Below are positions 11,306 through 24,521 of a stretch of 64,000 bases of DNA, piece after piece (position 1 is the first letter of the stretch; every line of letters starts with the position of its first letter). Below the pieces are notes generated by a model. That model saw nothing but the letters and a program-made list of their open reading frames with translations. It made no database searches and was not told the origin of the DNA. This DNA is from the human T2T-CHM13v2.0 reference genome, Homo sapiens. The position numbers and the translations under genes are program-made. Where the stretch lies: NCBI RefSeq assembly GCF_009914755.1, contig NC_060937.1. One strand, written 5' to 3'.

Positions 11306-14300
11306 CCCTTGTAGATGAATCATCTACTTCCTAAATACCAAGGGAAAAACAAGGAGGTAAAGGAATCATAGGTTTTATCCTCAATATGAGAAAGAGGAAT
11401 AAAATTATGCCTATGCTGTGAGCATTGGAAATGATAGAGGCATATACTAATGTATTGAAAATCATCAGTGGAAAGAAAATAAATGAAGTGGTACAGTTTG
11501 TACACAGACTCTGTGACATTTTGTCTGCAATTGTAATCAATGAGAAAAATATTTTTTGCTATCCAGCCATTTTCTCACATATAAACCACAAATTCCTTAT
11601 TTATAATGAAAGCTTTTTGTTCCCATGTTCTAATATACAAAAAATGAAAATGCACATGCTGTCAATGTGGTTATTAAATAAAGGATTTTCCCCCTAGTGA
11701 CATTCATTTTGTATTATTTTGTTGTTATGAATGAATGAATATGTTTTTGTGAAGTGAATTGGCACAGCTAGAGATTATTGCTAAACCTTTTTTATGTTTG
11801 CAATACATCCATTGTAAAGAATGGAAGCTACAATTTGTTTGCGTGCGTTTCTCATTTTGCTTTATTTCCCACCCCCGCCATTTCAGGTTACTTCACTACT
11901 AACAAGAACAATAATGCCAGAGAAGAGATAGCTTCAATGAGCCTGCATGATTGCTTTTCCAACTAAAATGAGTAGAAAATGAAAACACTTTAAATGAAGT
12001 GTCTGAAATAAACATTTAATTTGGGATAAGACAGCAACCGCATATATACCACCATATCAAATATTGAAAGAGCATTTATTGAAGATTTGAAAGACTCATT
12101 TGTGGGAAAATATATGTAGCTCTAAAAGTGAGCTGCTGAGAGTAAATATGTAAAACCACATTTAAGCAGCATGCAATTAACGTAAATTTATAATAGAAAA
12201 AAATGAAAAACATGGTGAGATTTTGGTGAATTATGATATTTGAACAAGGGACTGTTTTCTTTTTCTTCAAACAGGAAGCTAGCTGTGACTGCGTGCTCCT
12301 TAATGAACTGTAGATTTCAAAAAACAAAAACAAAAAAAATGAGGTGATATAAATGCATTATATTAGGAAAAGTAGTTAAATTATTTTCTCAGTTTCTTTT
12401 ATATCTTGAATACCATTTCCTTTTCTCTTTCAAATGCTTAAATACCTATCTCCCTAGCCCTTCTACTTTTATCTTTCTTTACTGTCTTCTCTATTTTAAG
12501 TACTGCTTTTCATTTTTTCCCCGATGTTCGCATATTTTCTGACATAAATATTTGTTTCTGTCCCTTGTTCATTATTTGGAATCCATCTCACCTCACCTGA
12601 ACCTCTTGCTTATTTCTAGCCACAGGATTAATTTTTGCCATTATATCCAAGGATTATAAATATCTGTGTAACTACTAAAACCATGACCCTAATGGGGAGA
12701 GAGAAAATTTATATTTATGATAAAGAAATAATATTGTCATTTAGAGTTCTTTAGAAATCATAAAGGATTTAATAAAATTTTATAGTAATAATAGTTGATT
12801 TTATTAGTAGTATTATTAGAAATGCTGATGTCACATCACACATTTCTAGAATAACTTTCTAACAGGTTAACCAAGTAACTAACTATAACTGTATATAATA
12901 CATAACTCTAACTATATTTAAAGTGATTTCAGTTACATAAGGATGGGCTAGTTGAATTAAAATATGTTGTATATACTTTCCAAACAAACTAAATAACAAA
13001 CACATTGTTGAATGATAAACATGTCAAAATCTTAAGCAATTTCTCTTTCTCTTAATAGTGCTATATTTGCCAGGCAGAGAGAAGGTGATTACCCATGAAA
13101 ACATTTATGGAATAAAAATGGAAGCTGTCATGACTAATTCCAAAGCCTAAAGATGTTTGCCAAATAGAGTTTCCAAATGATTTACTTTTGTTGCCAATTT
13201 TTTTGGCTAATATAAGTTTTACATTATTTTTTGCTGGTTCGGCATTCGGAAGCTCAATTAAAGTTAAAGAAAATGGAATTTAAAATGACAAAATGGCTCT
13301 ACTTTTCTGATATGCTATTATCAAGACAAACAGGCATATTGTTCCTTTCTGCTTATTTCACACATAAAATCTTCAGTCACAATGTGGTTTATTGTATTCT
13401 CACATTTTCCTATATAAAGATAGATAGTTTGTATCTACACTATTAAAGTTTCTAAATCTTTTAAATATTTTTAGATTCATAAACTATTTTCCAATAGTTT
13501 GTAATGGAATGCATGTTATTCTGTACAATGATATTATTTCTGATGATAAAACAGAAATTAAATTCTAATTATGAAGCATAGGTCAAAAGCCTCTTCTGTC
13601 ACTTAATTTTGATTTCGTCTTCATTCTACCAAAATGTTAATCATCTCTATTTCAAACAATAAAACTATAAACAAGTCTGATAGACTGAAGGACATATTAA
13701 CGGTTATCACATTACTATAGAGGAAACTTCATATTCCACTTCATTGCAAAACATTTTTGACATTGATTACTAAATTTTACTGAACTAAATTTTGTTTTTA
13801 AATTGAACCAAAAAAATAATCTAATTTAAATTGATTAGAAATTACCTGGTTTATTTAAAACCTCTGTTAGCAGACTGATTACCCTTTATCCCATTTTAAA
13901 TGTTCAGGAATCTGTTTTGTATCTCCTTTGTACGTTTCTTTGAATTTTTTTGGACTTCTTTTAAATGTAATCTTAAAGACATGATCATATCAATTTTGAA
14001 GCTTAGATTTTATTTGAAAGGCATGCAAACACATTAGAGATTTGCTCCCTGACTACCTTAATAACAAAACTGACATTATCTTGAACAAATAATGTTTAGT
14101 TATATTTAAGGAGAAAATTCACAGACTATATTGGGCACATCATATCACCTGCTTCTAAAGTTGGGTAGAAGTACATCTATGTGAGAGACGCTCACAACCA
14201 AGTGACATGTTGATGTTAGAGTTTGGAGAGAAAATAGAGGAAGGATATACTTAGTAGACTGGTCCACACTGTAGCCAAATCTTTAGTCTAAAACTTACAG

Positions 14301-14785
14301 CACCAACAGTTAGATTGTAGAATAGGATGGTGATCAAGCCACACTTTTCCTTTTGAAAAAGATTGCTTCAAAATGGAAATACTAGCTCCTCAAAGAGTGT
14401 ATGTACACTCCATGCCTTCATTCTTCTCAGAAAGTCTTTGCTCTTTCTTCACTTATTGATACAGATACTTGTAAAAGGTAAACTAGCTGACAATCCTTTC
14501 ATATAAATATAAAACAGTGCTTCATAATGAGATAAGACAGACAAGATGGGTCTTCAAAAATTCATGGAAAATGTATATTATGAAAAACTATGTAAGGATT
14601 TCAAAATTTTTCTGCACCAAAGTAAACTCATTAAAATTTTGCAAAAATGTCTGAAGAGGATCTAGTGTGGAGCACTAAGAAATATATCAGTTTGAAACAA
14701 GCCACTATCAGAGCAACATAAATTCTGTTAAAATTGAAGCAAGACCAAACATCAAATTTTTGGTGAAGCTGGGGTGAAAGAATGG

Positions 14786-15161
14786 TGATGTGGTTTGGCT
14801 TTGTGTTCCCATCCAAATCTCACCTTGAATTGTAATGGTCACAATCCCCATGTGTCGAGGACAGGACCTAATGGGAGGAGATTTGATCATGAGGGTGGTT
14901 CCCCCATGCTTTTCTCATGATAGTGAGTGAGTTCTCATGAGATTTGGTGGTTTTATAAGGCAGTTTTTCCTGCCCTTGCTAGCTCTCTTTTCTGCCACCA
15001 TGTAAAGGAAGTCTTTGCATCCCCTTCACCTTCTGCCATGATTGTAAGTTTCCTGAGGTTTCCCCAGCCATGTGGAACCGCGAGTCAATTGAACCTCTTT
15101 TCTTTATAAATTACCCAGTCTTGGACAGTTCTTTATAGCAGTGCAAAGAGAAACTAATACA
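14786..15161 (+). mobile_element. THE1-type (THE1C/D) MaLR solo LTR
   Basis: tgatgtggtttggctttgtgttccc...ctaataca; 5-bp TSD aatgg/agtgg. Confidence 0.9.
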
Positions 15162-15333
15162 AGTGGTGAAATCACTGACACTTTACAAAAAGTGTATGGG
15201 GACAAGGCCCTAAATAAATCAGCAGCTGAGAAACAGATAACTCATTTTAGGAAAAGGAAATGTTGAAGATGAAACCTGCAAGAGTACACCATCCACATCA
15301 ATTTGCAACATAAAAATTAATTTTCACGCCCTA

Positions 15334-15685
15334 TGACACGGTGTGGATTTGTGCCCCTTCCCAAATCTTATGTGGAATTGTAATCTCCAGTGTTGGAGGA
15401 GGGGCCTGGTGAGAGGCGATTGGATCATAGGGATAGATTTTCCCCTCGCTGTACTCCTCATAATGAGTTCTCATGAGATCTGGTTGCTTAAAAGTATGCA
15501 GCAGTCCCCCTTCCCTCTCTCTTCCTCCTGCTCCAGCCAAGTAGGATGTGCCTGCTTCCCCCTCCCATCATGATTGAAAGTTTCCTGTACAGTCTGCAGA
15601 ACCATGAGCCAATTAAACCTCTTTTCTTTATAAATTACCCAGTCTCAGGTAGTTCTTTATAGTAGTGTGAGAACAGACTAATATA
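15334..15685 (+). mobile_element. MSTA-type MaLR solo LTR
   Basis: ccagtgttggaggaggggcctggtg...cctgtacagtctgcagaaccatgagccaattaaacc; TSD cccta/cacta. Confidence 0.9.
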
Positions 15686-15915
15686 CACTAATTGGAGAGT
15701 ATCAACAATTAAGAGTAGAAGCAATAGCCAACACCGTGGACATCTACATTGATTCAGCTTACACAATTTTGACTGAATAAATGAAAGTTAAGCAAACTTT
15801 TTTCTCAAGGGGTGGCAAAACCATTGCATCCAGATCAGATATAGACGAGAGCAGAGCTTTCAATGAAAAGTCTAAACAAGTGGGATCAAGATTCTGAAGC
15901 TTTTTCTCAATTTTA

Positions 15916-16264
<349 letters not shown>

Positions 16265-17475
16265 TCTAATAGGAGGTGAAAAAATGACTTTACCACTACA
16301 ATCTTGAAGATAAAACACAATCAAAGCAATGACTGTCAAGAGGTGAAAGCAGTCCAGTCAAAGCAAAAGTGGACCAGTTGAGAGCAGGGATAACAGCGAC
16401 AGTTTGATTGTTATGCTAAATGCATTTTGCCTGTTGACTTTCTGGAGTGCCAAAGAATGATAATATCCACTTATTATGAGAGTGTTTAGGGAGAGTTAGC
16501 TGAAACTTTAGCACAATTTTGCCTGGGGAAACCTTTATCAGAGAGTCCTTCTCTTCCACAACAATGCTCTCACCAAACATGGGCAATTTTGTGTGAGTTT
16601 CAATGTGAAATCATTAAGTATCCACCTTATGGTCTTAATTTGCCTCCTTCTGACTGCTTTTTTTCCTTAATCTTAAAAAATTTCTAAAGAATATCCATTT
16701 TTCTTCAGGTAATAATGTAAAAAAGACTACATTTACATGGTTAAATTCCAAGGACCCTCCGTTCTTTAGGGATGAACTAAATGGCTGGTATCATCACTTG
16801 CCAAAGTGTCTTGAACTTTCTGGAGCTTATGTTGAGAAATAAAGTTTATATTTATATTTTTATCTTTTAATTTCATTTTCCCATGAACTTTGTGAAGTCC
16901 CCCTGTATGTGGCCATTTTTGGTTCTTCATTTTCAAACTAATATCTCAGACATCAGGGTCTCTGGGCAATTGAGAGACATACTCATAAAGTGCACATTCT
17001 CCCCTCTCCACTCCTACGGTCTCTACATTCCTTTTAATACTTCCTGTGGTTCTGGTACTCTCAATAGCATTTGTGTTACCTGTGACACTGACAAGGGTCC
17101 TGATCTATATCAAGCTTCTCTGCTTGTAGGCAGGTAAGACAAAACAACTGGGGCAAAATCTTTGGACATAGTCTAGAGTTTGAAGCAGAGACTTTTCAGA
17201 GTCACCTACTAAGATGCCCTATTCTCTGCACTCTTGTTAAAATAGATTTCTTAGCCCAGTTTTCCTTTGTGGACTGAGTTTTCAGAAATAAACAGCTGGG
17301 ATGCAAGACATATCCTGCATGGCAGGACAAAGCTTTGTCTATCTCAGCAAAGAGCATCCAGACGCCTGTCAGCATGGAACAGCTCTCCAGATTAAATACA
17401 GTTTTTTTTCTTAAGCATTTTCTCACAGAGATATTGCTTTGATATTGTGCGTGTGTATGTGTGTGATATATATAT

Positions 17476-17591
17476 GAGACAGTGTTTTGCTATGTCAGCA
17501 AGGCTGAATGTGAACTCCTGGGCTCAAGCGATCATCCCACCTCAGCCTTCTGAGTAGATGGGGATACAGATGCATGCCACTGCATCCAGCT
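17476..17591 (-). mobile_element. Alu monomer (FLAM-like)
   Basis: gagacagtgttttgctatgt...ctcctgggctcaagcgatc...gccactgcatccagc with a (TG)/(TA) tail. Confidence 0.85.
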
Positions 17592-18634
17592 GTCATATTG
17601 TATTTAATTTTTATTTGGAAAATAAAAACCCATAAAATTGCCCCTACATTTTTACATCTATAAAAAGGATGTTAAGGTGACTGTTAGTTCATTTTATTGA
17701 ACCAGCATTATACTGAAAATGCCCCAGATAAACAATCATGTATTAGAAACAGAATCTAGAAGCCCACATGTTAGCAGGTAATAGCCAGCAGCATTGGACT
17801 GTGCCACTCCAGGATTGTATATCTTCAATGGTAACCAAATATCAGAACTAGAAATTGATCTCCCAGGAACCCCTGAATGGCAATTCTATACTTCTGTGAC
17901 CTCTTGAATCTCAGGCTGTTCACGTACAAACTGAGACATATGCAGACTTCCCTTTGGATGCAAAGAGAAGTCTCATATATGGAGCCAGAAGTTGACTTTG
18001 AAATCTGAGAGCAGAAATAAATTGGAAATAGCTAGCATATAAAGAGATTTGATTCTAATTAATAGAGACCTTCAGCTACTATAGTATCAGCCTCAACCCA
18101 GACTGAATTCAAAAGTGTGACAGTATCCAAGGTTAAAATTTTCCAGCTATGCCTTTAGAGAGATTCCTGAAACTATAAACAAGTAGGCATTGATAGATAT
18201 CATTTTAAGGGACTTTGGCCAACAGAATCCATCATACTATTGTCTACAGAGAACTGAACGTATTTGAAGACTTTATTAAGTTGTTATGATACCTAAAGAA
18301 AGGAATAGCGCTGTATGTATAGACCACCTACTTGAATAAATAATCATTTTACCTACTCTAAAGTTAACTTTTCACTGAAGATCCAGTGATTTCAAATGTA
18401 CTTAATATGTCAAGCTAGTCTATGTTGAATCTATCTATAGCCTACTTTCACTGAAACATTTTTGCATTCCAGACTATTAATTTTAGAACAAGGTCTGGGA
18501 CTTGATAAAAGTCTTGTTGCTGTTTGCAGCAAAATGTAGTGATAATAATATAACAAATATAAATTAACCATGTCCTTTGATGCTACAAACCATAAGTACC
18601 TGCATACAAACCGTAAATCTTTCTTGAACACTAC

Positions 18635-19027
18635 TGACATGGTTTAGTCCTGTGTCGCCTCCCAAATCTCCTGACAAATTGTAATCCCTGTGTGGCAGGG
18701 GAAGGACTTGGTGGGAGGTAAATGGATCATGGGGGTGAATTTTCCCCATGCTGTTCCTGTAATAGTGAGTGAGTTCTCATGAGATCTGATGATTTAAAAG
18801 TGTAGTACTTCTCCCACCTCACTCTCTCTCTCTCTCTCCTGCTCTGCCATGGTAAGATGTGCTTGCTCCCCCTTCACCTTCTACCATGATTGTAAGTTTC
18901 CTGAGGCTTCCCAGTCATGCTTCCTGTTAAGCCTGCAGAACCGTGAGTCAATTAAACCTCTTCTTCATAAATTATCCAGTCTCAGGTAGTTCTTTATAGC
19001 TGTATAGTGTAAGAACAGACTAATACC
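18635..19027 (+). mobile_element. THE1D/MSTA-type MaLR solo LTR
   Basis: tgacatggtttagtcctgtgtc...cagactaatacc; perfect TSD actac. Confidence 0.9.
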
Positions 19028-19064
19028 ACTACTTTTAAGAGATATCCAGAAGCCCAATACTAAC

Positions 19065-19725
19065 CAGTGCTACCACCCTGGTCAGAAACACAGTTGCCTC
19101 TTACCTGTATTATTTTAGTAGCCACCTAGCTGGCCTCTGATTCCACTTTTATTATCCATCCTCCAATTCTCAATATAACAGCAATATAAGTTCTTTAAAA
19201 ATTTTCCTTAAATTAGAATACTCCTGTTCAAATGCTCTAATGGTTCCCATTTTCACTTACAGTTTAATAAAGAGTTTACAGCTAACTGCCTGTGCAATTC
19301 TATGCAATCTGGCTTCTAAACCATTTCCATTTCTCTCTTTCTTAATTACCTTCACTAGCCACACTGTCCTGTTGCTGCTTTAAATAACTTCTCTTAGGCA
19401 TTTTACCCTCACAGTTCCCTTGCCTTGGATATTATTTTCTCAGTTATTTGTATAATTAATTATTGCCTAACCTCCTTTAAATGTTGCCCAAATGTTTCTT
19501 TTTTTACGTGGCATACAGACCCTTCACTCTTTCTTATCCATTCTTGTACCTATTAACTTCCTTTACATTTTTCTTTAGTATATTTCAGCCTCTACCATAT
19601 TGTGTCATTTACTTTTGATTTTTATTTCTTGTTAATTGTCTGTCTTCACATGTTACATTGTAGAAACAGTATCTCATGTATAGTAGGTTTTCAAATAAGT
19701 ACTTATTCATTTAATTAGTGAATGG
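19065..19725 (+). mobile_element. L2 3' portion
   Basis: ctaccaccctggtcag...ctcttacctgtattatt...tagccacactg...tagtaggttttcaaataag...gtgaatg. Confidence 0.7.
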
Positions 19726-19848
19726 CATCAGATATTACATTATCTACAGGGATGAGAATAGCCAAAAAAAACTTACTAATTTAAAACTTTTAAAATTGAG
19801 AAATTTGTCTGCCTTGTGTGTGTCTTTATGTGTCTGTGATATATACAT

Positions 19849-20244
19849 TGCTATGGATTTAACTGTGTCTTCCTAAAATGTGTATGTTGAAGCCCTAACT
19901 CCTAAAGTGCTTGTATTTAGAGATAGGGTTTTTAGGAAGCAGTGAAGGCTAAATGAGGTCATAAGCTTGGGTCCCTAGTCTGAAAGGATTGATAGCCTTA
20001 TAAAAAGGTAAGAGAGAAAGATCTTCATCTTCCCTTCTCTCTCTCTCTCTTTTTGTCTGCCATGTAGACACAGCCAGAAGGCCATAGAAAGCCAAGGAAA
20101 GAGCCCCAACCAGAAACTGAATCCTGGTGGAATCTTGATCTTGATCTTAAAATTTTCAGACTCCCAAACGATGAGAAAATAAGTTTCTGTTGTTTAAGCG
20201 ACACAGTCCGTGGTATATTTTATGGCTGTCCAAACTCATTCATA
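19849..20244 (+). mobile_element. MLT1A-type MaLR solo LTR
   Basis: tgctatggatttaactgtgtc...gttgaagccctaact...tttctgttgtttaagc...tggtatattttatggc. Confidence 0.85.
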
Positions 20245-20544
20245 TATACATATATGTGTATTCCATGTTTGTATGTTTGCGAATTTTGAGACACTGTCAT
20301 AACCTGATCTTAATTTGGTAGCATATTTGGCCCAGTATTCTAATGTTTTCTAGAAATAATCCTTGAGAACTTCTATTTGAAGTGGCACAGCGTGTCACTT
20401 TAAGTCTATCATAAATATTAAATGTTGATATTAATTATGCTTTTTGGACTCTGGAAAAATCTACCATACTACCCAATAGAATCTTCTACAATCCCAAAAG
20501 AAACTCATACAAATGGAAAAAATTTTAAAATAACATATTTTAGG

Positions 20545-20886
20545 GGCTGGGTGCAGTGGCTCACAATGCTTATAATGCCAACCCTTTGGGAGGCCAAGGT
20601 GGGAGGACCGATTGAGCCCAAGAGTTGGAGACCAACCTGAGCAACCTACATACTGAGACACTGTCTCTACAAGAAAAAGAAAAAAAGGAAACTAAATTAG
20701 TCAGGTGTGGTGGCACATACCTGTAGTCGCAGCCACTTGGGAAGTTGAGGCAGGAGATTGTTTGAGCCTAGAAGGTTGAGGCTACAGTGAACTATAATCG
20801 TACCACTGTGCTCCAACCTGGGTGACAGAATGAGACCTTGGCTCAAAACACACCCACACACACACACACACACACAAACTCACACA
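20545..20886 (+). mobile_element. AluJ-type SINE with (CA)n tail
   Basis: ggaggaccgattgagcccaagagtt...gaggctacagtgaactataatcg; the tail has become (CA)n. Confidence 0.9.
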
Positions 20887-20945
20887 TTAGGGAGAGAACT
20901 AGTTTTGATTAACTCAATCCTCTTCACCTTAGATTAAGTAAAGTA

Positions 20946-21238
20946 CAGTTGATGCTTGAATAACAAAGGTTTGAATTGTGTGGGTCCACTTACATGCAGA
21001 TTTTCCTTGACCTCTTCCATCTCTGAAATGGAAAGTCCAACCTTCCTCTTCCTCTCTTCCTCAGCCTACTCAACACAAATATGATGAGGATGAAGACCTT
21101 TGTGATGATTCAGTTCCAATAAATGAATAGTAAATATATTTTGATTATGATTTTTAATAACTTTTCTCTAGCTGACTTTATTGTAAGAAGACAGTATATT
21201 TCACTCCCCTAACCCCCAAGTTGTTCAAGGGTCAACTG
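20946..21238 (+). mobile_element. Tigger2a-like DNA transposon, internally deleted
   Basis: TIRs cagttgatgcttgaataac / gttgttcaagggtcaactg flanked by TA; ctcagcctactcaac...gaggatgaagacctt core. Confidence 0.85.
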
Positions 21239-21465
21239 TATTTACATTCAACACATTATTAAATTAAATATAAAGGGTTTGAATCATTTAAAAGTTTAAA
21301 CTTTTTTATTGATAAATAATAGTTTTACATATTTTTTGAGTACATGTGATTTTTTTACATGCATAGAATTTGTAATGATTCTAGGTATTTAGGGTATAAA
21401 TCACTTTGAATATTTATTATGTCAACATTTTGGAAAATTTCTTTTCTAGTTATTTTGTTACTTTT

Positions 21466-21752
21466 ATTATTATTTTTTTTTTTGAGACGTAGTCTTGCTC
21501 TGTTGCCCAGGCTGGAGTGCAATGGTGCAATCTTGGCTCACTGCAGCCTCTGCCTCCTGGGTTAGAGCAATTCTCTGCCTCAGCCTCCCGAGTAGCTGGG
21601 ATTACAGGCACCCGCCCCCATGCCTGGCTAATTTTTTTGTATTTTTAGTAGAGACAGGGTTTCACCATCTTGGCCAGGCTCATCTTGAACTCCTGACCTA
21701 GTGATCCACCCACCTCAGCCTCCCAAAGTGCTGGGATTACAGGTGTGAGCCC
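21466..21752 (-). mobile_element. AluS-type SINE
   Basis: Alu dimer; TSD ttttgttactttt at 21453-21465 and 21753-21765. Confidence 0.93.
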
Positions 21753-21849
21753 TTTTGTTACTTTTTATATAAGGCATACAGATCTTTCATTCTTGTTCAT
21801 CCGTTCTGGTAGCTATTAATTTGTACCTGTTAATTGTACAAGGTAATAG

Positions 21850-21959
21850 AGTGTATTGTATATTAATAGGTACATTCTTGTTCATCTGTTCATCCTACTA
21901 ATAAGTAATAGGTACAAGAACAGATAAACAAGAATGTACCTATTAATATACAATACACT
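21850..21959. repeat. 42-bp inverted repeat (1 mismatch) with 26-nt spacer
   Basis: agtgtattgtatattaataggtacattcttgttcatctgttc (21850-21891) vs gaacagataaacaagaatgtacctattaatatacaatacact (21918-21959). Confidence 0.95.
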
Positions 21960-23419
21960 GTTGTTGACTACACTCACCCTACTCCGCTATCTAACATTAG
22001 AACTTGTTATTTTAATCTAACTTTATGTTTGTACACATTAACCAACCCTTCTTTATCCAACCTCCACACCCTGTCTACCCACACACACTTCCCAGCCTCT
22101 GGTACCTATCATTCTACGTTTTACATCTATGAGATTAACATTTTTAGCTTTCACATATGAATAAGAACATGTGATATTTGTCTTTCTGTGCCTGACTTTT
22201 TTCACTTAACATAACGACCTACAGTTACATCCAGGTTTCTGAGAATAACAGGATTTTATTCTTTTCTAAGGCCAAATAGTATTCCATTGTGCGTATAAAG
22301 CACATTTTCTTTATCCGTTTGTCCAATGATGGATGCTTAGTTTGATTCCATCTCTTTGCTATTGTGAACACTGCTGCAATAAACATTGGGGGGCAATAAA
22401 CATGAGAGTACAGGTATTCATTTGATCTACTGATTTTCTGTCCTTTTGATAGATACACAGTGGGAGAACTGCTGGATAGTATGGTAGTTCTATTTTTCAT
22501 TTTTTTTTTTGGAGAAATTTCTATACTGTTTTCCACAGTGGCTGTATAAATTTACATTCTCAGCAACAGTGTATAAGAGTTCCCTTTTCTCCACATCCTT
22601 GCCAGGATCTGTTACTTTTTGTCTTTTTAATAATAGTCATTCTATTATTATCTTGGGTAAAATGATATCTCAGTGTGGTTTTAATTCCTATTCCCCTGGT
22701 GATCAGTAATGTTGAGCATCTTTGAATGTACCTGTAAGTCATTTATATGACTTTTTTTGAGAAATGTCTATTCATGTCCTTTGCCTACTTTTTAGTGGGA
22801 TTATTTGTGTTTTTACTGCTGAGTTGTTTGAGCTCCTTCTATATTCCTGATATTAGTGCCTTGTTGGATGAATAGTTTGCAAGTATTTCCTCTCATTCAA
22901 CAAGTTGTCTCTTTACTCTGTTCATTGTTCCCTTTGCTGTGTAGAAGATTTTTAATTTAATGAAGTCTGATTTGTTTATTTTTGTTTTTGTTTCCTGGGC
23001 TTTTAAGGACTTAGCCATAAAACTTTTACCTAGACCAAGGTCTGAAGGCATTTCCCCTGTGTTTTTTTTCTAGTAGTTTTATAGCTTTGAGTGTTACATA
23101 TAAGTCTTTCATTAATCTTGAATTAACTTTTGTATAAGGCAAGAGATAGGGGTCCAGTTTCATTCTCCTGAAGATGATTATCCAATTTTCCCAGTATCAT
23201 TTATAGAAGAGCTTGCCCTTTCCCCAATGTATAGTCTTGGCACCTTCGTTGAAAATTGATTGGTTGTAGATTGATGGATTTATTTCTGGGTTCCCTATTC
23301 TGTTCCACTGGTTTTTGTCTGTTTTTATACGAATACCATTCTTTTTCATTGCTGTAACCTTGTAATATATTTTGAAGTCAGGTAATCTCATGACTTGTTA
23401 TTGGTCTGTTCAGGTTTTC

Positions 23420-23726
23420 CTTTCTTTTCTTTTCTTTTTTTTTTTTTTGAAATGGAGTTTCGTTCTTGTTGCCCAGGCTGGAGTGCAATGGCACAATCTC
23501 ACTGGAATCTCCGCCTCCCGGGTTCTAGCAATTCTCCTGCCTCAGCCTCCCGAGTAGCTGAGATTACAGGCATGTGCCACCACTCCCAGCTAATTTTTGT
23601 ATTTTTAGTAGAGATGGGGTTTCACCATGTTGGTCAGGCCGGTCTCGAACTCCCGACCTTATATGATCCACCCGCCTCGGTCTCCCAAAGTGCTGGGATT
23701 ACAGGTGTGAGCCACCACACTTGGCC
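23420..23726 (-). mobile_element. AluS-type SINE
   Basis: Full Alu; TSD tggtctgttca(g/a)gttttc. Confidence 0.93.
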
Positions 23727-24231
23727 TGGTCTGTTCAAGTTTTCTATGTCTTCCTGATTCAATCTTGGTAGGTGTCCACCAGTTTATCTATTTTCTCTAG
23801 GTTTTCCAGTTTGCTAGCTTATAGTTGTTCTGATAATCTTTTGTATTTCTTTGGTATCAGTTGTAATGTCTCCTTTTTCATTTCTGATTGTAACTTGGTT
23901 TTTCTGTCTTTTTTACTGGGTTAGTCTAGCTAGGAATTCATAATTTATTTTTTAATCTTTTCAGAAAACCAACTTTTCACTTAATGAATTCTTTGTATTT
24001 TTTTAGTCTCTATTTTGTTTAGTTCTTCTCTGATCTTTATATTTCTTCTACTCATTTTGGATTTGGTTTGTTCTTGCTTTTTCAGTTCCTTCAGGTATAT
24101 CAATAGATTGTTTATTTGGAATATTTTTTGATGTAGGTGTTTATTGCTATAAACTTCCCTCTTAGGTCTGCTTTTGCTGAATTTCATAGGTTTTTCATAT
24201 GTTTTGTTTTGATTTTGTTTGTTTTAATTTC

Positions 24232-24521
24232 TTTTTTTGTTTGTTTGACAGTCTTGCTCTGTCACCCAGGCTCGAGTTCAATGATATGATCTCAGCTCAC
24301 TGCAACCTCACCTCCAAAGCTCAAGCAATCCTCCTGCCTCAGCCTCCCAAGTAACTGGGGCTACAGGCATGTGCTGCCATGCCTGGCTAATTTTTGTATT
24401 TTTGTAGGACAGGATTTTGCCATGTTGCCCAGGCTGGTCTTGAACTCATGGGCTCAAGCAATCCACACCCGTCTGCCTCCAAATGTGCTGGGATTACAGG
24501 GGTCAGCCACTGCACCCAACC
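24232..24521 (-). mobile_element. AluJ-type SINE
   Basis: gctcaagcaatcc in both arms; ttgccatgttgcccaggctggtc. Confidence 0.9.

Noticed and set aside
21788-21959. CRISPR-like repeat-spacer array
   Set aside because: Repeats are irregular and in mixed orientation, with no constant spacing, in eukaryotic repeat context
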